NCBI GenBank assembly: GCA_965224325.1
Contig: CBDCYT010000006.1
Span: 45,286-109,285 of the forward strand
Direction of reading: 5' to 3'
Source of the DNA: Dehalococcoidia bacterium
GTDB lineage: Bacteria; Chloroflexota; Dehalococcoidia; Lucifugimonadales; UBA3495
DNA: 64,000 nucleotides
Under the pieces are notes generated by a model. The model had not been told where the DNA came from and ran no database searches. It saw nothing but the letters and a program-made list of their open reading frames with translations. Each line of letters starts with the position of its first letter. Position 1 is the stretch's first letter. Both the position numbers and the translations under genes were made by a program. Positions 1 through 10,109 of the stretch are shown piece after piece.

Positions 1-12
1 CATGTCCATGGG

Positions 13-936
13 CTAAAGGTTCGAGGTAAAAGCTAAGGGGTCTTCCATGAACTCAATGTTCTGTAACTCCGCCCGGGCCATCTCTTCCAGCGCGGCGTCA
101 CCCTCTTTTGCGCAGTGGCCCAACGCCTTTTTGGCCAAAGGGCCTCCGATACTACCCAGGGCTTTTACGCCGGCCATCTGCACCTGATAGTCCTCGTCGT
201 CCAGCAGCGATATGAGGTGGAGAACAGCGTCCTCCTCCCCGAGCTCGCCGCAGGCGTTGGCTGATTCGTAGCGGATGGCCGGCTCCGAATTCTGAAGTTC
301 CCTAATCAATACTGGCAACCAGCCAATCTCACCAGTGCGGCCCATGGCAAAGATGGAGCTGGACTTTAGCGACAGATCGTCACTGTCATACGCCCAGGAA
401 ACCAAGTTCTTGATCTTGCCGGTGTTGAATGGTGCGATGGCCTCGAGGCTGCGGCGCCTGACGTCCACGTGCTGATCGGGGTCTTCCAGGATAGCCATCA
501 AACTATCGTGGATGGATTGCCGGTCCTTAGGCAGCAGCTTGCCCTCTTGGACCAGTGCGCTGAACTTACCCAACGCCAAAGCGGCGGCGGAGCGCACCTG
601 GACGCTAGTGCCGGAATTCAGCACGTCTATGAGGCCCGGGACTATGGAACGGTCCTCATGTTCCCACAAGCCTTCTATGGCCTTTTCCAAGACTACTTCG
701 TCTTTATTTTTCAAGCACATCTTGAACACGGCCCAAAAATCCAGCTCCGGGTTATCTTCGGCCAACTCTATCATGGTGGATATCAGCCACCGCTGGCGCT
801 CCACGTCTATAGAGTTCCAGGTACGGGCGAAGAGGCCCAATTCATCGGGCAGCATGTCCGATAGCTCGATGAACTCACTCAACGGCATTTGGGCGGAGTT
901 GTCCGCCACAGTTTCGAGGACACTCTCCAGCGACAT
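13..936 (-). CDS. HEAT-repeat (PBS-lyase HEAT-like) protein
   Basis: 307-aa ORF with recurring helical-repeat motifs (VRSAAALALGKF, VRRRSLEAIAPF, IRYESANACGELG, VQMAGVKALGSIG); AGGAG 5 nt upstream of ATG at 936. Confidence 0.7.
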   Translation of the reverse strand: MSLESVLETVADNSAQMPLSEFIELSDMLPDELGLFARTWNSIDVERQRWLISTMIELAEDNPELDFWAVFKMCLKNKDEVVLEKAIEGLWEHEDRSIVPGLIDVLNSGTSVQVRSAAALALGKFSALVQEGKLLPKDRQSIHDSLMAILEDPDQHVDVRRRSLEAIAPFNTGKIKNLVSWAYDSDDLSLKSSSIFAMGRTGEIGWLPVLIRELQNSEPAIRYESANACGELGEEDAVLHLISLLDDEDYQVQMAGVKALGSIGGPLAKKALGHCAKEGDAALEEMARAELQNIEFMEDPLAFTSNL

Positions 937-969
937 CCCGACTCCTAACTAAACTTCCGCATATGAGAG

Positions 970-1216
970 TGTCTCATAAAGCTGAGTCCTCCAGCATCCT
1001 ATCTTTCTGGATTCCCGCGAAAGCGGGAATGACGGGTTATTGAGTCTGGATTCCCGCTCCCCGATCGGGGTCGGGGACAAGCTTCGCGGGAATGACGGAT
1101 TAGTGAGCGGCATTCAATACTGGTTTAGCCGGTCAATAATTGGTATAGGCAGTTAATAATAGTAACCCGTCAGGTTGCGTCCGCCCAAAATCGTGAGCGG
1201 AGACTTCTGAGACGGG
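970..1216 (-). mobile_element. type I mosaic MITE-like element, copy A (reverse orientation)
   Basis: Reverse complement matches the left arm, one long plus one short hairpin module and the right arm of copies B, C and D; no clear target-site duplication found for this copy. Confidence 0.6.
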
Positions 1217-1597
1217 CTCCTATCCGGGCAGACTTGGGGACGGCGCCGGTCCATTCCCATCACGTGGTCAGGGATAGTTGTCCGCATGTCAGGCTTGTTA
1301 AACATTACGCAACGGGATTCAACTCGGCGGGCCTCGGGTCGGCGCCCAAAACGGAGGTGACGTATCATCCAAATCCGGACCTGCCGTCCACGAGCCTTGA
1401 ATGCCGTCTCCCGCGCCAACCGTCAATCGAGTTGCTATATGCCTTTCCATGATATCAAGGGTCTTGTTTAGGCCTGGAGGACTGTATTTTTCGCAACCCG
1501 TAAGAGGCCGTTGGCCGGAATTTGCCAACCCTGAAAATTTTGATGGAAGTATAGCATATGAGTGTCACGAGACTTCCGGGACCAAAAGGGCCGTGTT

Positions 1598-3166
1598 TCA
1601 TCTATGGGCCTCCGCCCTAAGCCCGTTTATGGCAATAGGCAGACCTTCCATCAAGTCCGAAGCCACCATTCCGGCGTCGCCCGAGCGGTCTCGCACTTCC
1701 TCGGCAACTTGCCCGTGAAGGTACACGCCGCAGGATGCCGCGTCATCAGGCGAGAGGCCCTGAGCCATTAGCCCCGTGATGATTCCGCTCAGCACGTCAC
1801 CGGTGCCTCCGGAGGCCAAACCGGGGTTGGCGAAGGGTGAGATTCGGACCATGCCGGCCGGTTCGGCGATTACGGTGTGGGCTCCCTTGAGAGCCACGGT
1901 AACTTTCCAGCGGGTGGCCCAATGTCGAGCGGCCCCGGTCCGGTCCTGCTGCACTTGGGTGGTCCCATGTCCTGTCAAAGTAGCCATTTCCCCGGGATGG
2001 GGAGTGAGTAGCGTCGGCCTACGCAAACGCTGCCACCAATCGGCTAGTTGAGACAAGTTGTTCAGGCCGTCGGCGTCTATTAACGTGGGCATGTTTGAGT
2101 CTTGGTCCAGAAGCAACCGCTCCAGGAAGCCCGCGGTCCCCGGCGACCATCCAAGACCGCATCCCACTAGCAGCGCGTCGCAGCGGTCCATGTACGGCGT
2201 GATTATGCCGGCGGCGTCGACATGAATGCGGCCGTCGGCGTCCTCGGGGAGCGGCAGGTGAATTACCTCGGTAAGCTTGCCGGCGGCGATGGCGTAGACA
2301 CTTTCGGGGGAAGCCAGGGTTACCAGCCCAGCTCCAACCCTCAAGGCGGCTTGGGAAGCTAAGAAGGCCGCACCTATATAGTTTCTCGATCCCGCCACTA
2401 CCAACGCGTGGCCAAAGGTGCCCTTGTGGGAATCCGCGGGCCGGTGTGGCAGGCGCCGCCCGGCCCCATCAGGGGTTAGAAGCTCCAGGTCAATTTCCTG
2501 CTCTTCCCTTAGATCCGGAGGGAGGCCAATGTCCGCTACCTCCAGCTTGCCCACACGGGCGGCTCCCGGGAAGGCCAGCAACCCGGCCTTGGGTCGTCCC
2601 AAGGCCAGGGTTAGGTCTGCGATGGGGCACACCGGGTCAACCTCTCCCGAATCGGCATTGAGCCCGGTGGGGAGGTCCAAAGCCAACAGCAAAGGCGGCC
2701 GGGGCTTCTCCCGGACTTCCCGCAAGCGCAAGAGAGCGTCTTTGACAAGCCCTTGCAACGGCCGCGCCCGCCCGGTGCCCAAGACGGCGTCTATGACCAG
2801 GTGGGAACGGGCCAGAAGCTTGTCCAGCCAGTCCAGACCGGGGTCGCCGGCGGATTGGACCACCTGGACGCCGTAGCTGCGGGCCAGGTCCATCTTGGGA
2901 TCGCCGGTGGGGCGGCCGGCGATTACGTAGGCGGTGACCTCGGCTCCCCAGCGCCGCAAATGACGAGCGCTAACCAGCCCGTCGGCGCCGTTGTTCCCCG
3001 GTCCAACCAAGACTAGGACCAGCGCTCCGGCAGCCCGTCCCATCATGCGGCGGGCAGCCTCGGCTACTGCCAACCCGGCGTTTTCCATGAGAGCGTCCGT
3101 GCTGACTCCCCGATGCTGGGAGGCCTGCTCCAGCATGGTCATTTGAGCCGCGGTGACCACCTTCAT
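1598..3166 (-). CDS. nnr: bifunctional NAD(P)H-hydrate repair enzyme (epimerase / ADP-dependent dehydratase)
   Basis: 522 aa; YjeF_N-like N-terminus (LVLVGPGNNGADGLV) and carbohydrate-kinase-like C-terminus (GGTGDVLSGIITGLMAQG); its ATG overlaps the acpS stop (ATGA). Confidence 0.9.
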   Translation of the reverse strand: MKVVTAAQMTMLEQASQHRGVSTDALMENAGLAVAEAARRMMGRAAGALVLVLVGPGNNGADGLVSARHLRRWGAEVTAYVIAGRPTGDPKMDLARSYGVQVVQSAGDPGLDWLDKLLARSHLVIDAVLGTGRARPLQGLVKDALLRLREVREKPRPPLLLALDLPTGLNADSGEVDPVCPIADLTLALGRPKAGLLAFPGAARVGKLEVADIGLPPDLREEQEIDLELLTPDGAGRRLPHRPADSHKGTFGHALVVAGSRNYIGAAFLASQAALRVGAGLVTLASPESVYAIAAGKLTEVIHLPLPEDADGRIHVDAAGIITPYMDRCDALLVGCGLGWSPGTAGFLERLLLDQDSNMPTLIDADGLNNLSQLADWWQRLRRPTLLTPHPGEMATLTGHGTTQVQQDRTGAARHWATRWKVTVALKGAHTVIAEPAGMVRISPFANPGLASGGTGDVLSGIITGLMAQGLSPDDAASCGVYLHGQVAEEVRDRSGDAGMVASDLMEGLPIAINGLRAEAHR

Positions 3167-3561
3167 GGTTGGGGCGCCAGCCTCACCACCACAAAGGCAA
3201 CGGCGTATTCACGGGAGTGGGAGAGGCTCACGGAAATTTCCTCGACGCCAAGGGCCTGCGCCCGGGTCTTGGCCCGGCCTTCGAGCCGGATGGCGGGCGC
3301 TCCGCTTTGGTGCCGGACCACCTCGATGTCTTTCCAACCCACGCCGCGGACCCCGGTGCCGAGGGCTTTCATGGTGGCCTCTTTGGCGGCGAAACGGGCT
3401 GCCAAGTTAGGAGGCCGTTCCCGGCAATATGCTATCTCGCCGGGAGTGTAAACGCGGTCTAAAAACCGCTGTCCGTAGCGCTCCAAGACCTGCTTCACCC
3501 TAGATATCTCTATGATGTCGACCCCGGAGCCTAGGCTTGCGGCTGGTTGGGACCGGTTCAT
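3163..3561 (-). CDS. acpS: holo-[acyl-carrier-protein] synthase
   Basis: 132 aa; GVDIIEISRV...FAAKEATMKALG...SLSHSREYAVAFVVV is the classical AcpS pattern. Confidence 0.9.
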   Translation of the reverse strand: MNRSQPAASLGSGVDIIEISRVKQVLERYGQRFLDRVYTPGEIAYCRERPPNLAARFAAKEATMKALGTGVRGVGWKDIEVVRHQSGAPAIRLEGRAKTRAQALGVEEISVSLSHSREYAVAFVVVRLAPQP

Positions 3562-3642
3562 GCTGTTATGACGGCCATCCCGGAGCGGAGCGGCAACCGG
3601 GGGAGAGTATTGTGGATCCCTCCAGCTATGGCCTTCTCTCCA

Positions 3643-4524
3643 TCAACCGTGATCAGTATGTCCGGGCAGGTCTAGATTGGTCAGGATCTTGGAAACCGAA
3701 TAGCTTCTGTTGAGCACGTAGAAGTGGATACCGGGCGCCCCGGACTCCCAAAGCTCTCTTACCTGGCCGGTGGCGTAATCCACCCCAAGCTCCCGGACCG
3801 CATCGTCGTTATCGGCAAACTTTTCCAGTTGCCGGTCCAAAGAAGGGGGAATCTTGGAGCCACACAGCGAGGTGAACCGGCGGATCTGCGGCGTGCTCAG
3901 TATTGGCAGCACTCCCGGGATTATGGGAACGTCTATACCGGCCCGCTTCGCCCGGTCTGAGAAGTCGAAGTAGTCGCGATTGTCGTAAAACAGCTGAGTG
4001 ATAAGAAATTCGGCGCCGTGCGCTACTTTTAGCTTGGTGTACTCCAGATCAGCGGCCAAGTCGGTGGACTCGGTATGGCCTTCAGGATAGCAAGCGGCTG
4101 CTATGCCCAACTGGAAATGCTCCCGAATGTGGCCGATCAAGTCGGTGGCGTGACCGAACCCATCTGCAACCGGCTCTTGCTCAACCGGTCCCTGGGGTTG
4201 GTCCCCCCGGAGAGCAATGACGTTCTCGATTCCGGCGGTTTCCAACCTTTGGAGCACTCCATGGACCGCTTCTTTGGTTTGCCCCACGCAAGTCAGATGC
4301 GCCATCACCTCCAGGGCCGCTTCCGCCTTGATACGCAGTGTGATGTCCTCGGTGAACGCCCTGGTGGAGCCGCCCGCTCCGTAGGTGACCGACACAAAGT
4401 CGGGACGAAACGCCTTTAGGCGCTCAACAGTCCGAAATACTGCCGGGATCCCGTCCTCCGTCTTCGGCGGAAAAAACTCGAAGGAAATCGTCCGTGTCTT
4501 TGTTAAAATATCCTTGATTCTCAA
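3643..4524 (-). CDS. metF: methylenetetrahydrofolate reductase
   Basis: 293 aa; SFEFFPPKT...VSVTYGAGGSTR...HLTC...IENVIALRGD motifs; TTG start codon. Confidence 0.9.
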   Translation of the reverse strand: MRIKDILTKTRTISFEFFPPKTEDGIPAVFRTVERLKAFRPDFVSVTYGAGGSTRAFTEDITLRIKAEAALEVMAHLTCVGQTKEAVHGVLQRLETAGIENVIALRGDQPQGPVEQEPVADGFGHATDLIGHIREHFQLGIAAACYPEGHTESTDLAADLEYTKLKVAHGAEFLITQLFYDNRDYFDFSDRAKRAGIDVPIIPGVLPILSTPQIRRFTSLCGSKIPPSLDRQLEKFADNDDAVRELGVDYATGQVRELWESGAPGIHFYVLNRSYSVSKILTNLDLPGHTDHG

Positions 4525-4709
4525 CGTAACTGCCTATGCTCAGAACGGTGGCCGATAAGCAAATGCTCTCCCGGAGCCTGTACCCGAGACCCGGCGAGGC
4601 CAAGGACCGCATTTAACCAATCTCGGAATGGAACGGAAACCAAGCTCATGCCCAAGGGTGCGAACTCAGGTCTCCCTACGAAATTAAAGCCCAAGCAACA
4701 ATTAGCCCC

Positions 4710-4739
4710 ATCATAGCATTGGGCAAATTAGCTGTCTAA
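4710..4739 (-). promoter_or_regulatory. possible sigma70-type promoter for metF (TTAGAC-18 nt-TATGAT)
   Basis: Read by eye on the minus strand; would give a ~175-nt leader before the metF TTG start. Confidence 0.3.
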
Positions 4740-4744
4740 CCGGG

Positions 4745-5524
4745 TCAAAATAGTGGCTGCCGTTTTTCTTTGAACGCTTGGATCCCCTCAGTGGGATGGG
4801 GTGAGGTAGCCACGTACTGCGCAAAAGCCAGTCTCTCCAACGCCACTCCGTCCCGCAAGGATAGGCCCTGGCCTCTGAGAGTCACCGACTTGATCCAGCC
4901 TAGGCCGGGACGGCTCTTGGTCCGAAGTTGGGCCAGCAACTCTTCCAACTGCCCGTCCAACTCTTCAGCGGGCGCCGCCCGCAACACCAGTCCCCATTGG
5001 GCTGCGTCCGCCCCGGAAAGCCAGCGTCCGGTGGTCAGCAGTTCCATCGCCCGCTGCGACCCGATGCGCCGGGGCAGGCGTTGCGTGGAGCCTCCGCCGG
5101 GCATCAAACCGAAGTTAACGTGTTGGTCGCCTATGCGGGCGTCATTAGCCGCGATGGCCAGGTCGCACGCGAGCATCAGCTCCAGACCGCCCGCCAAAGC
5201 GAAACCATGGACCAAGGCTATGACGGGAACCGGCAATTCCTCCAACCGGAACAGAACGTCGTTCATGAGGCGTAGATAAGCATCGAGCTGGTCCGGGACG
5301 GCGAAGGAGTCCCCCAAGTAAGTGAGGTCCGCCCCGGCGCAAAAAGCCCGGCCCTCGCCTCGCACTACCAGGGCCTTGATTGCTAAGTCCGCGTTCACCT
5401 CGGCCACGGCGTCCGAGAACTCCTCGAGAAGTTGCAGACTCAGAGCATTTAAGGCGTTCGGCCGGTCCAGGCGGATAGTGGCCACCGCGTTTTCCCTTTC
5501 CAGTTTGATGTTGGTATACTTCAA
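4745..5524 (-). CDS. enoyl-CoA hydratase/isomerase family protein
   Basis: Crotonase motifs (RAFCAGADL, GFALAGGLELMLACD) lie only in the C-terminal 259 aa of the 444-aa ORF; in-frame TTG at 5524 with AGGAG 11 nt upstream; the upstream extension is Pro/Arg-rich and non-protein-like. Confidence 0.85.
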   Translation of the reverse strand: MKYTNIKLERENAVATIRLDRPNALNALSLQLLEEFSDAVAEVNADLAIKALVVRGEGRAFCAGADLTYLGDSFAVPDQLDAYLRLMNDVLFRLEELPVPVIALVHGFALAGGLELMLACDLAIAANDARIGDQHVNFGLMPGGGSTQRLPRRIGSQRAMELLTTGRWLSGADAAQWGLVLRAAPAEELDGQLEELLAQLRTKSRPGLGWIKSVTLRGQGLSLRDGVALERLAFAQYVATSPHPTEGIQAFKEKRQPLF

Positions 5525-5810
5525 TTGGTCTCTCGCTCCTCGGCCATCGTTCCGGATAGTCCACGGAATAACGCATCCGGGATAATATATCAGACCCTTA
5601 CACTCCTTACACCCCGGCCTAAGACGATTGCATGACGATGTTGGAGCTGCCTCCACCGCTGCAGGCAAGGGCCATTCCAAGAGACCTGACCGGCTGGAAC
5701 GTCTTCCTCCGGCGTTGCAGTCCAACCAAAGGTCCCAACCCAGGCGACAGCCCCTCATGGAGGGCCGAGACACGGCCAGAATTGGACTTGAGCCGGTCAG
5801 GGGAAGGGTA

Positions 5811-6128
5811 ATGCCACTTAAGCAAGAAAGGCCCGTGGCCGCCTCTACCCGCCCCGGTGCCTTGATCAACGTGCGGGTGCACCCCCGGGGAGGTTGCGAC
5901 CGCGTGGAAGGGTATCGCGGAGGCGCTCTACGTGTGCGCGTGACCGCGGCGCCGGAGGACGGAAAAGCGAACTCCGCGGTGGTTTCTCTTCTAGCCAAAA
6001 CGTTGGGCGTCGCTAAAAGCAATGTGCAAATTCTTCGAGGGCATGGGTCAAGGGATAAAGTGGTGGCCGTGGAAACCATCAGCCAAGAATACGTAGAACG
6101 TCGTCTGACAGCGCATTCCGGTCCATGA
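5811..6128 (+). CDS. DUF167 (YggU-like) protein
   Basis: INVRVHPRGGCDRVEGYRGGALRVRVTAAPEDGKANSAVVSLLAKTLGV is the YggU pattern; ATG 5811 preceded by GGGAAGGG; the longer ORF from 5628 was rejected. Confidence 0.75.
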   Translation: MPLKQERPVAASTRPGALINVRVHPRGGCDRVEGYRGGALRVRVTAAPEDGKANSAVVSLLAKTLGVAKSNVQILRGHGSRDKVVAVETISQEYVERRLTAHSGP

Positions 6129-6173
6129 TCCTCACCCTAAGGCAACCGGACGCCTCGACGTGGAGCCTCTAGC

Positions 6174-6635
6174 GTGGAATATTTGAACTTCAGCTGGGTC
6201 ATCCACGGCTCGCTGGCCGGAGCCCAAGGGCCTGTCCAGAACCGCGATCTGGTGTTCCTCAAGCTGCAGGATGTCCGGGCTATCGTGCGCATGGACAGTC
6301 AGACTGTCTCGGGGGAAAGCGCCGAGTTGGTGGACTTTTTCGAACCGGTGCCGGATTTTACCGCTCCCAGCCTACATCAGATAGAACTCATAGTCGGCTT
6401 CATATCTCAACAAATCGAAACGTGGGAGCGGCCTGTGGTGGTAACCTGCCGCGCGGGGTTAGGCCGCACCGGCACTGTGCTGGCTTGTTACTTGGTGCAC
6501 GAGGGTTACTCGGCAGACAAAGCCATCAACCTGGTCCGTGAGCTGCGCCCCAATTCAATTGAGACGGGAAAACAGGAAGACGTCGTGCATCAGTATGCGG
6601 AGTCGCTGCGGTCCAAAGACCGGGAAAGCCGGTAA
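6174..6635 (+). CDS. dual-specificity / tyrosine protein phosphatase
   Basis: 153 aa with a CX5R P-loop (VVTCRAGLGRTGT). Confidence 0.75.
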   Translation: MEYLNFSWVIHGSLAGAQGPVQNRDLVFLKLQDVRAIVRMDSQTVSGESAELVDFFEPVPDFTAPSLHQIELIVGFISQQIETWERPVVVTCRAGLGRTGTVLACYLVHEGYSADKAINLVRELRPNSIETGKQEDVVHQYAESLRSKDRESR

Positions 6636-6745
6636 TTATTATGCTGGAGCCTGCGGAGCGGTAAAGAAGCGGCAGGGTACGGACGGTGTGCCCCGGTAAA
6701 CCGACAGGCGTGGGTGCATACGGCAGGATCAGAAGGGAGGCGTCT

Positions 6746-7159
6746 TTGGCGCAGATTGAAGGACGATTTGTAGACGAGATGGTGACCCACGCCCGTGAGG
6801 ACCTCCCCAACGAGTGCTGCGGCATTCTGGCCGGGACGGAGGGACGGGTCTCCAAGCTTTACCGGATGACCAACGTGGAGGCGAGCCCATTCCGCTTCTC
6901 CATGGACCCGAGGGAGATTGTCAAAGTGGACCAGGAGGCGGGAGACAACGGATGGGACCTTATGGCCATCTACCACTCCCATACCCGCAGTGAAGCTTAC
7001 CCTTCGGATACCGACGTTCGCATCGCCCGCGGCACTGAAGAGCTTTGGCCGGATGTTGCCTACGTCCTAGTGTCTCTGATGGATGAAAAGGACCCGCAGG
7101 TACGCATCTTTCTCATAAACGCCGGTGTGGTCACCGAAGAACCCCTGGACGTCATCTGA
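6746..7159 (+). CDS. JAMM/MPN+ (Mov34) metallopeptidase
   Basis: E..CG..G ... HSHTRSEAYPSDTD JAMM motif; in-frame TTG at 6746 with AGGGAGG 5 nt upstream (longest ORF starts at 6686). Confidence 0.8.
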   Translation: MAQIEGRFVDEMVTHAREDLPNECCGILAGTEGRVSKLYRMTNVEASPFRFSMDPREIVKVDQEAGDNGWDLMAIYHSHTRSEAYPSDTDVRIARGTEELWPDVAYVLVSLMDEKDPQVRIFLINAGVVTEEPLDVI

Positions 7160-7350
7160 TTGCCCACGGGACTGCTTTTGGAACCTCAGGCCTTCCGTCC
7201 GGTCAAATGGAGCTGTTGCCGTGCCCGTCGGCCGGATACCAAGGGAAAGTTAGCCGAAAGTTCCCTGTTCCTGGCCACCATGGCAGCAGCAGAGCCTACC
7301 GTTTCCCGCCACAGGACCCCTCGTGGGTATGCAACGCATCTTACCGGGGG

Positions 7351-8415
7351 CTATTTCTGAGGGTTTGAGGGAATGTCCTCTGCGGTGTAGGCCGCGGTCT
7401 GGCCCACGCTTTGGTCTTCCGCTGCCCCCAATACAGTCACAGCCGCGGCCCCGGCAATATAGACCGACGCCATAGCTGCCAGACCGGCGGCAACGACGAC
7501 CTTATGGATCCTATCACGCCCCAGTATCAACACCAGCGCCGTCAGGATGAGGCCTAATGCAACCCCGCCGGCTGCGAGATGGGCCGGCTCGGCCTGGTTC
7601 ACCAAAATGCCTTCTCGGTAGAAGATGTCCGCGAAAAACAAAATAATGGTGTTAAAGGCGCAACTGCCAAAGAGGCCGGCAACTCCCAGGTCCGCCGCGC
7701 CGATCCGAGCCGCGGCGATGGTGGACGTCGCCTCAGGCATGGTGGTTACCAGAGAGACGGCAATAATGCCCAGAGTGCTGGAAGCGACTCCGGTGATATC
7801 CGCTATTTCGTCTGTGCTCCAGGCCAGAAAAATTCCCGCCACTACAACACCCACCGAGGACAGACTAAACAGCAGCCAGGCTTTCCTCAAAGTGACGTCC
7901 TGAACGTCGCTCTCACCTTCGGTAGTCTGAGGGCGAGTCACGTAAATCACCCGCGTGGATGCCAAGAACATAACTAAGAGGATTGTCGAGGAGAGCCCTA
8001 TCTGCCAGGCTTGAACGTCCATCTTGACCGCAGCGAAGATCACTGCTGCGGCCGTCATGATGGCTGCCACCGCGATGAGGTAGCCTTGTTCCGGGGCGAT
8101 CTGCTGTAAAAACCGTTTGCCGCCAAAGGTCAGGGCCACCACAGCTAGGGTGAACATGTTGAGCATGTTGGCGCCTAGGACGTTTCCCACCGATAGGTCC
8201 GGGTTGGGTGGTTCCAGACGCACCGCCGAGATGTTGGTGGTAAGTTCGGGCAACGACGTGACCAAGGCCAGCAGCAGGCTTCCAACGAATACCCGGCCCC
8301 AGCCGGTCAAGCCGGCTATGGCGTTGCCGTATATGGCCAGCTTGTACCCAAAGAAAATTACCGCCATGGCGCTAACTGCGAATACAACGATCGCTATCGC
8401 TAGGTCAACGCCCAT
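7351..8415 (-). CDS. Ca2+/cation antiporter (CaCA, YrbG-like) membrane protein
   Basis: 354 aa, polytopic; two alpha-repeat-like motifs (GSLLLALVTSLPELTTNI and AVSLVTTMPEATSTI). Confidence 0.8.
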   Translation of the reverse strand: MGVDLAIAIVVFAVSAMAVIFFGYKLAIYGNAIAGLTGWGRVFVGSLLLALVTSLPELTTNISAVRLEPPNPDLSVGNVLGANMLNMFTLAVVALTFGGKRFLQQIAPEQGYLIAVAAIMTAAAVIFAAVKMDVQAWQIGLSSTILLVMFLASTRVIYVTRPQTTEGESDVQDVTLRKAWLLFSLSSVGVVVAGIFLAWSTDEIADITGVASSTLGIIAVSLVTTMPEATSTIAAARIGAADLGVAGLFGSCAFNTIILFFADIFYREGILVNQAEPAHLAAGGVALGLILTALVLILGRDRIHKVVVAAGLAAMASVYIAGAAAVTVLGAAEDQSVGQTAAYTAEDIPSNPQK

Positions 8416-8462
8416 GCTGTTGTGTCCCTTGTATCATTCCTGTTATTTCAATACAGTGCGCT

Positions 8463-9554
8463 TCACTCCAGGGCGGATGCTATCAGATCGCCCATTCGGG
8501 CGGACCCGACTTGCGGAGAACCTGGAATGGCGATATCCGCCGTACGGTGATTTTGAGACAACACCTGCTCGACCGCCCGTTCTATGCCCGCCGCCTCCTC
8601 GGTCAGACCCAAGGAGTAGCGGACCATCATGGCGACGCTAAGCACGGATGCTATGGGGTTGGCGATGCCTTGGCCGGCAATGTCCGGCGCTGTGCCGTGA
8701 ATAGGCTCGTATAGCCCTGGAGTCTTTTTGCCCGCCACCGGCACTTCCGTCAGGCTGGCCGACGGCAGCAGGCCCAATGAAGCCGCCAGCACGGAAGCTT
8801 CATCGCTCAGAATATCGCCGAAGGTGTTTTCGGCCACTATAACGTCGAACAACGCCGGACGCTGTATCAGTTGCATGGCGCAATTGTCCACCAGAATGTG
8901 TTCCAACTCTACGTCGGGGTACTCCTCCGCCAACTGAATCGCCACACGCCTCCACAACCGTGAGCACTCCAGCACATTGGCCTTGTCCACCGAGGTCAGT
9001 TTTCCTCGCCGCCCTCGCGCCACCTCGAAACCCACCCTCAAGATGCGCTCTATTTCCGCCTCGCTGTAGCGCATGGTGTCCACCGCGGCCCAGCCTTGAG
9101 GAGTCTCGTGGCGGTTCTTGGGTTCGGCATAGTAAAGGCCGCCGGTGAGTTCCCGCACCACCACCATGTCGACGCCTTCCAGGATCTCCGGTTTCAGGGG
9201 GCTGGAGTCGGCCAGCCAAGAATGGACTTTCACCGGCCGTATGTTGGCGAAGACGCCCATGTGAGAGCGTAACTGGAGTATGGCGTCTTCAGGATGCGCC
9301 GTCGCTGCCGGATCGTCCCACTTAGGGCCGCCGACGGCGCCGAACAGCACCGCGTCGGCCTCCTCGGTCAAGCTGCGCACCTCCTGCAAAAGCGGTGCTC
9401 CGTGTTTGTCTATGGAGATTCCTCCCACGTCCCCGTACTCCAGCTGAAACTGGTGTCCAAAGGCCCTGCCTAAAGCCTCCAGCACCTTGACGCCCTCGGC
9501 AGTCACCTCCGGGCCGATGCCGTCGCCAGGTAATACTGCGATTTTGAACTCCAT
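8463..9554 (-). CDS. leuB: 3-isopropylmalate dehydrogenase
   Basis: 363 aa; IAVLPGDGIGPEV ... NLFGDILSD-type motif (ENTFGDILSDEASVL). Confidence 0.95.
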   Translation of the reverse strand: MEFKIAVLPGDGIGPEVTAEGVKVLEALGRAFGHQFQLEYGDVGGISIDKHGAPLLQEVRSLTEEADAVLFGAVGGPKWDDPAATAHPEDAILQLRSHMGVFANIRPVKVHSWLADSSPLKPEILEGVDMVVVRELTGGLYYAEPKNRHETPQGWAAVDTMRYSEAEIERILRVGFEVARGRRGKLTSVDKANVLECSRLWRRVAIQLAEEYPDVELEHILVDNCAMQLIQRPALFDVIVAENTFGDILSDEASVLAASLGLLPSASLTEVPVAGKKTPGLYEPIHGTAPDIAGQGIANPIASVLSVAMMVRYSLGLTEEAAGIERAVEQVLSQNHRTADIAIPGSPQVGSARMGDLIASALE

Positions 9555-10097
9555 AGGTCTACTCCCTCATTAGACTAAAATACCGGCTCCAACGGACAAC
9601 AAATATACTCGTGTCAGTAAAGGTGAATGAACCCCACGCTCTGTAGAAATAATCCTGATGTTCATTGTTACGGCCGGTTACGGCCGTCATTCGCCGGCGG
9701 TTATGATTTGAAAGCCATTTTTGGACCGCCGGCGCGGGGCGCGAACGGGAGGCGAGGGTCACCACCGGGGACGGGCGCTTCCCTGTGCTGCTCCCAGCGG
9801 AAGCGTACCAGGGGCGGCCTCCAAGCCGTGCGCGGCGCGGCATGGCGGCGTTCTTAAGCAAAGCGCCCAGTTGTTACATGGAGGGCTGCGTTTTTAGACC
9901 GGGTCACTTTTTTCAACTCGCCTTGCTGCTGTCTTGGGAGCCGCTTTCATAGACACAAGTGTGCGTAGGCATTGGCCTACGATGCACGGGACTCCGTGAT
10001 GGTTGCCGGACCGTTTGTCTCGTCCATTATCGCCAGACCTGAAGATGGCGTGTCAAGACCCGGAGGCTATTCCGTGGCGAGTATGGCGCCGCATGGC

Positions 10098-10106
10098 TGA
10101 TATAAT
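10098..10106 (+). promoter_or_regulatory. extended -10 element (TGaTATAAT)
   Basis: Exact TGnTATAAT directly upstream of the MIP-channel ORF. Confidence 0.3.
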
Positions 10107-10109
10107 GCT

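Noticed and set aside
1217-1597. 380 nt without convincing ORFs, examined for tmRNA, SRP RNA, 6S RNA, RNase P RNA or a riboswitch
   Set aside because: I recognised no diagnostic motif on either strand, so it is left unannotated.
5525-6079. N-terminal 185-aa extension of the 444-aa ORF 4745..6079
   Set aside because: The extension is Pro/Arg/Gly-rich and non-protein-like, and it overlaps the DUF167 gene on the other strand. Crotonase homology starts at the TTG at 5524, which has a good RBS.
9555-10097. T-box or leader-peptide attenuator upstream of leuB
   Set aside because: There is only a weak GGTGGTGACC similarity to the T-box core. I found no terminator/antiterminator pair, specifier loop or U-tract.
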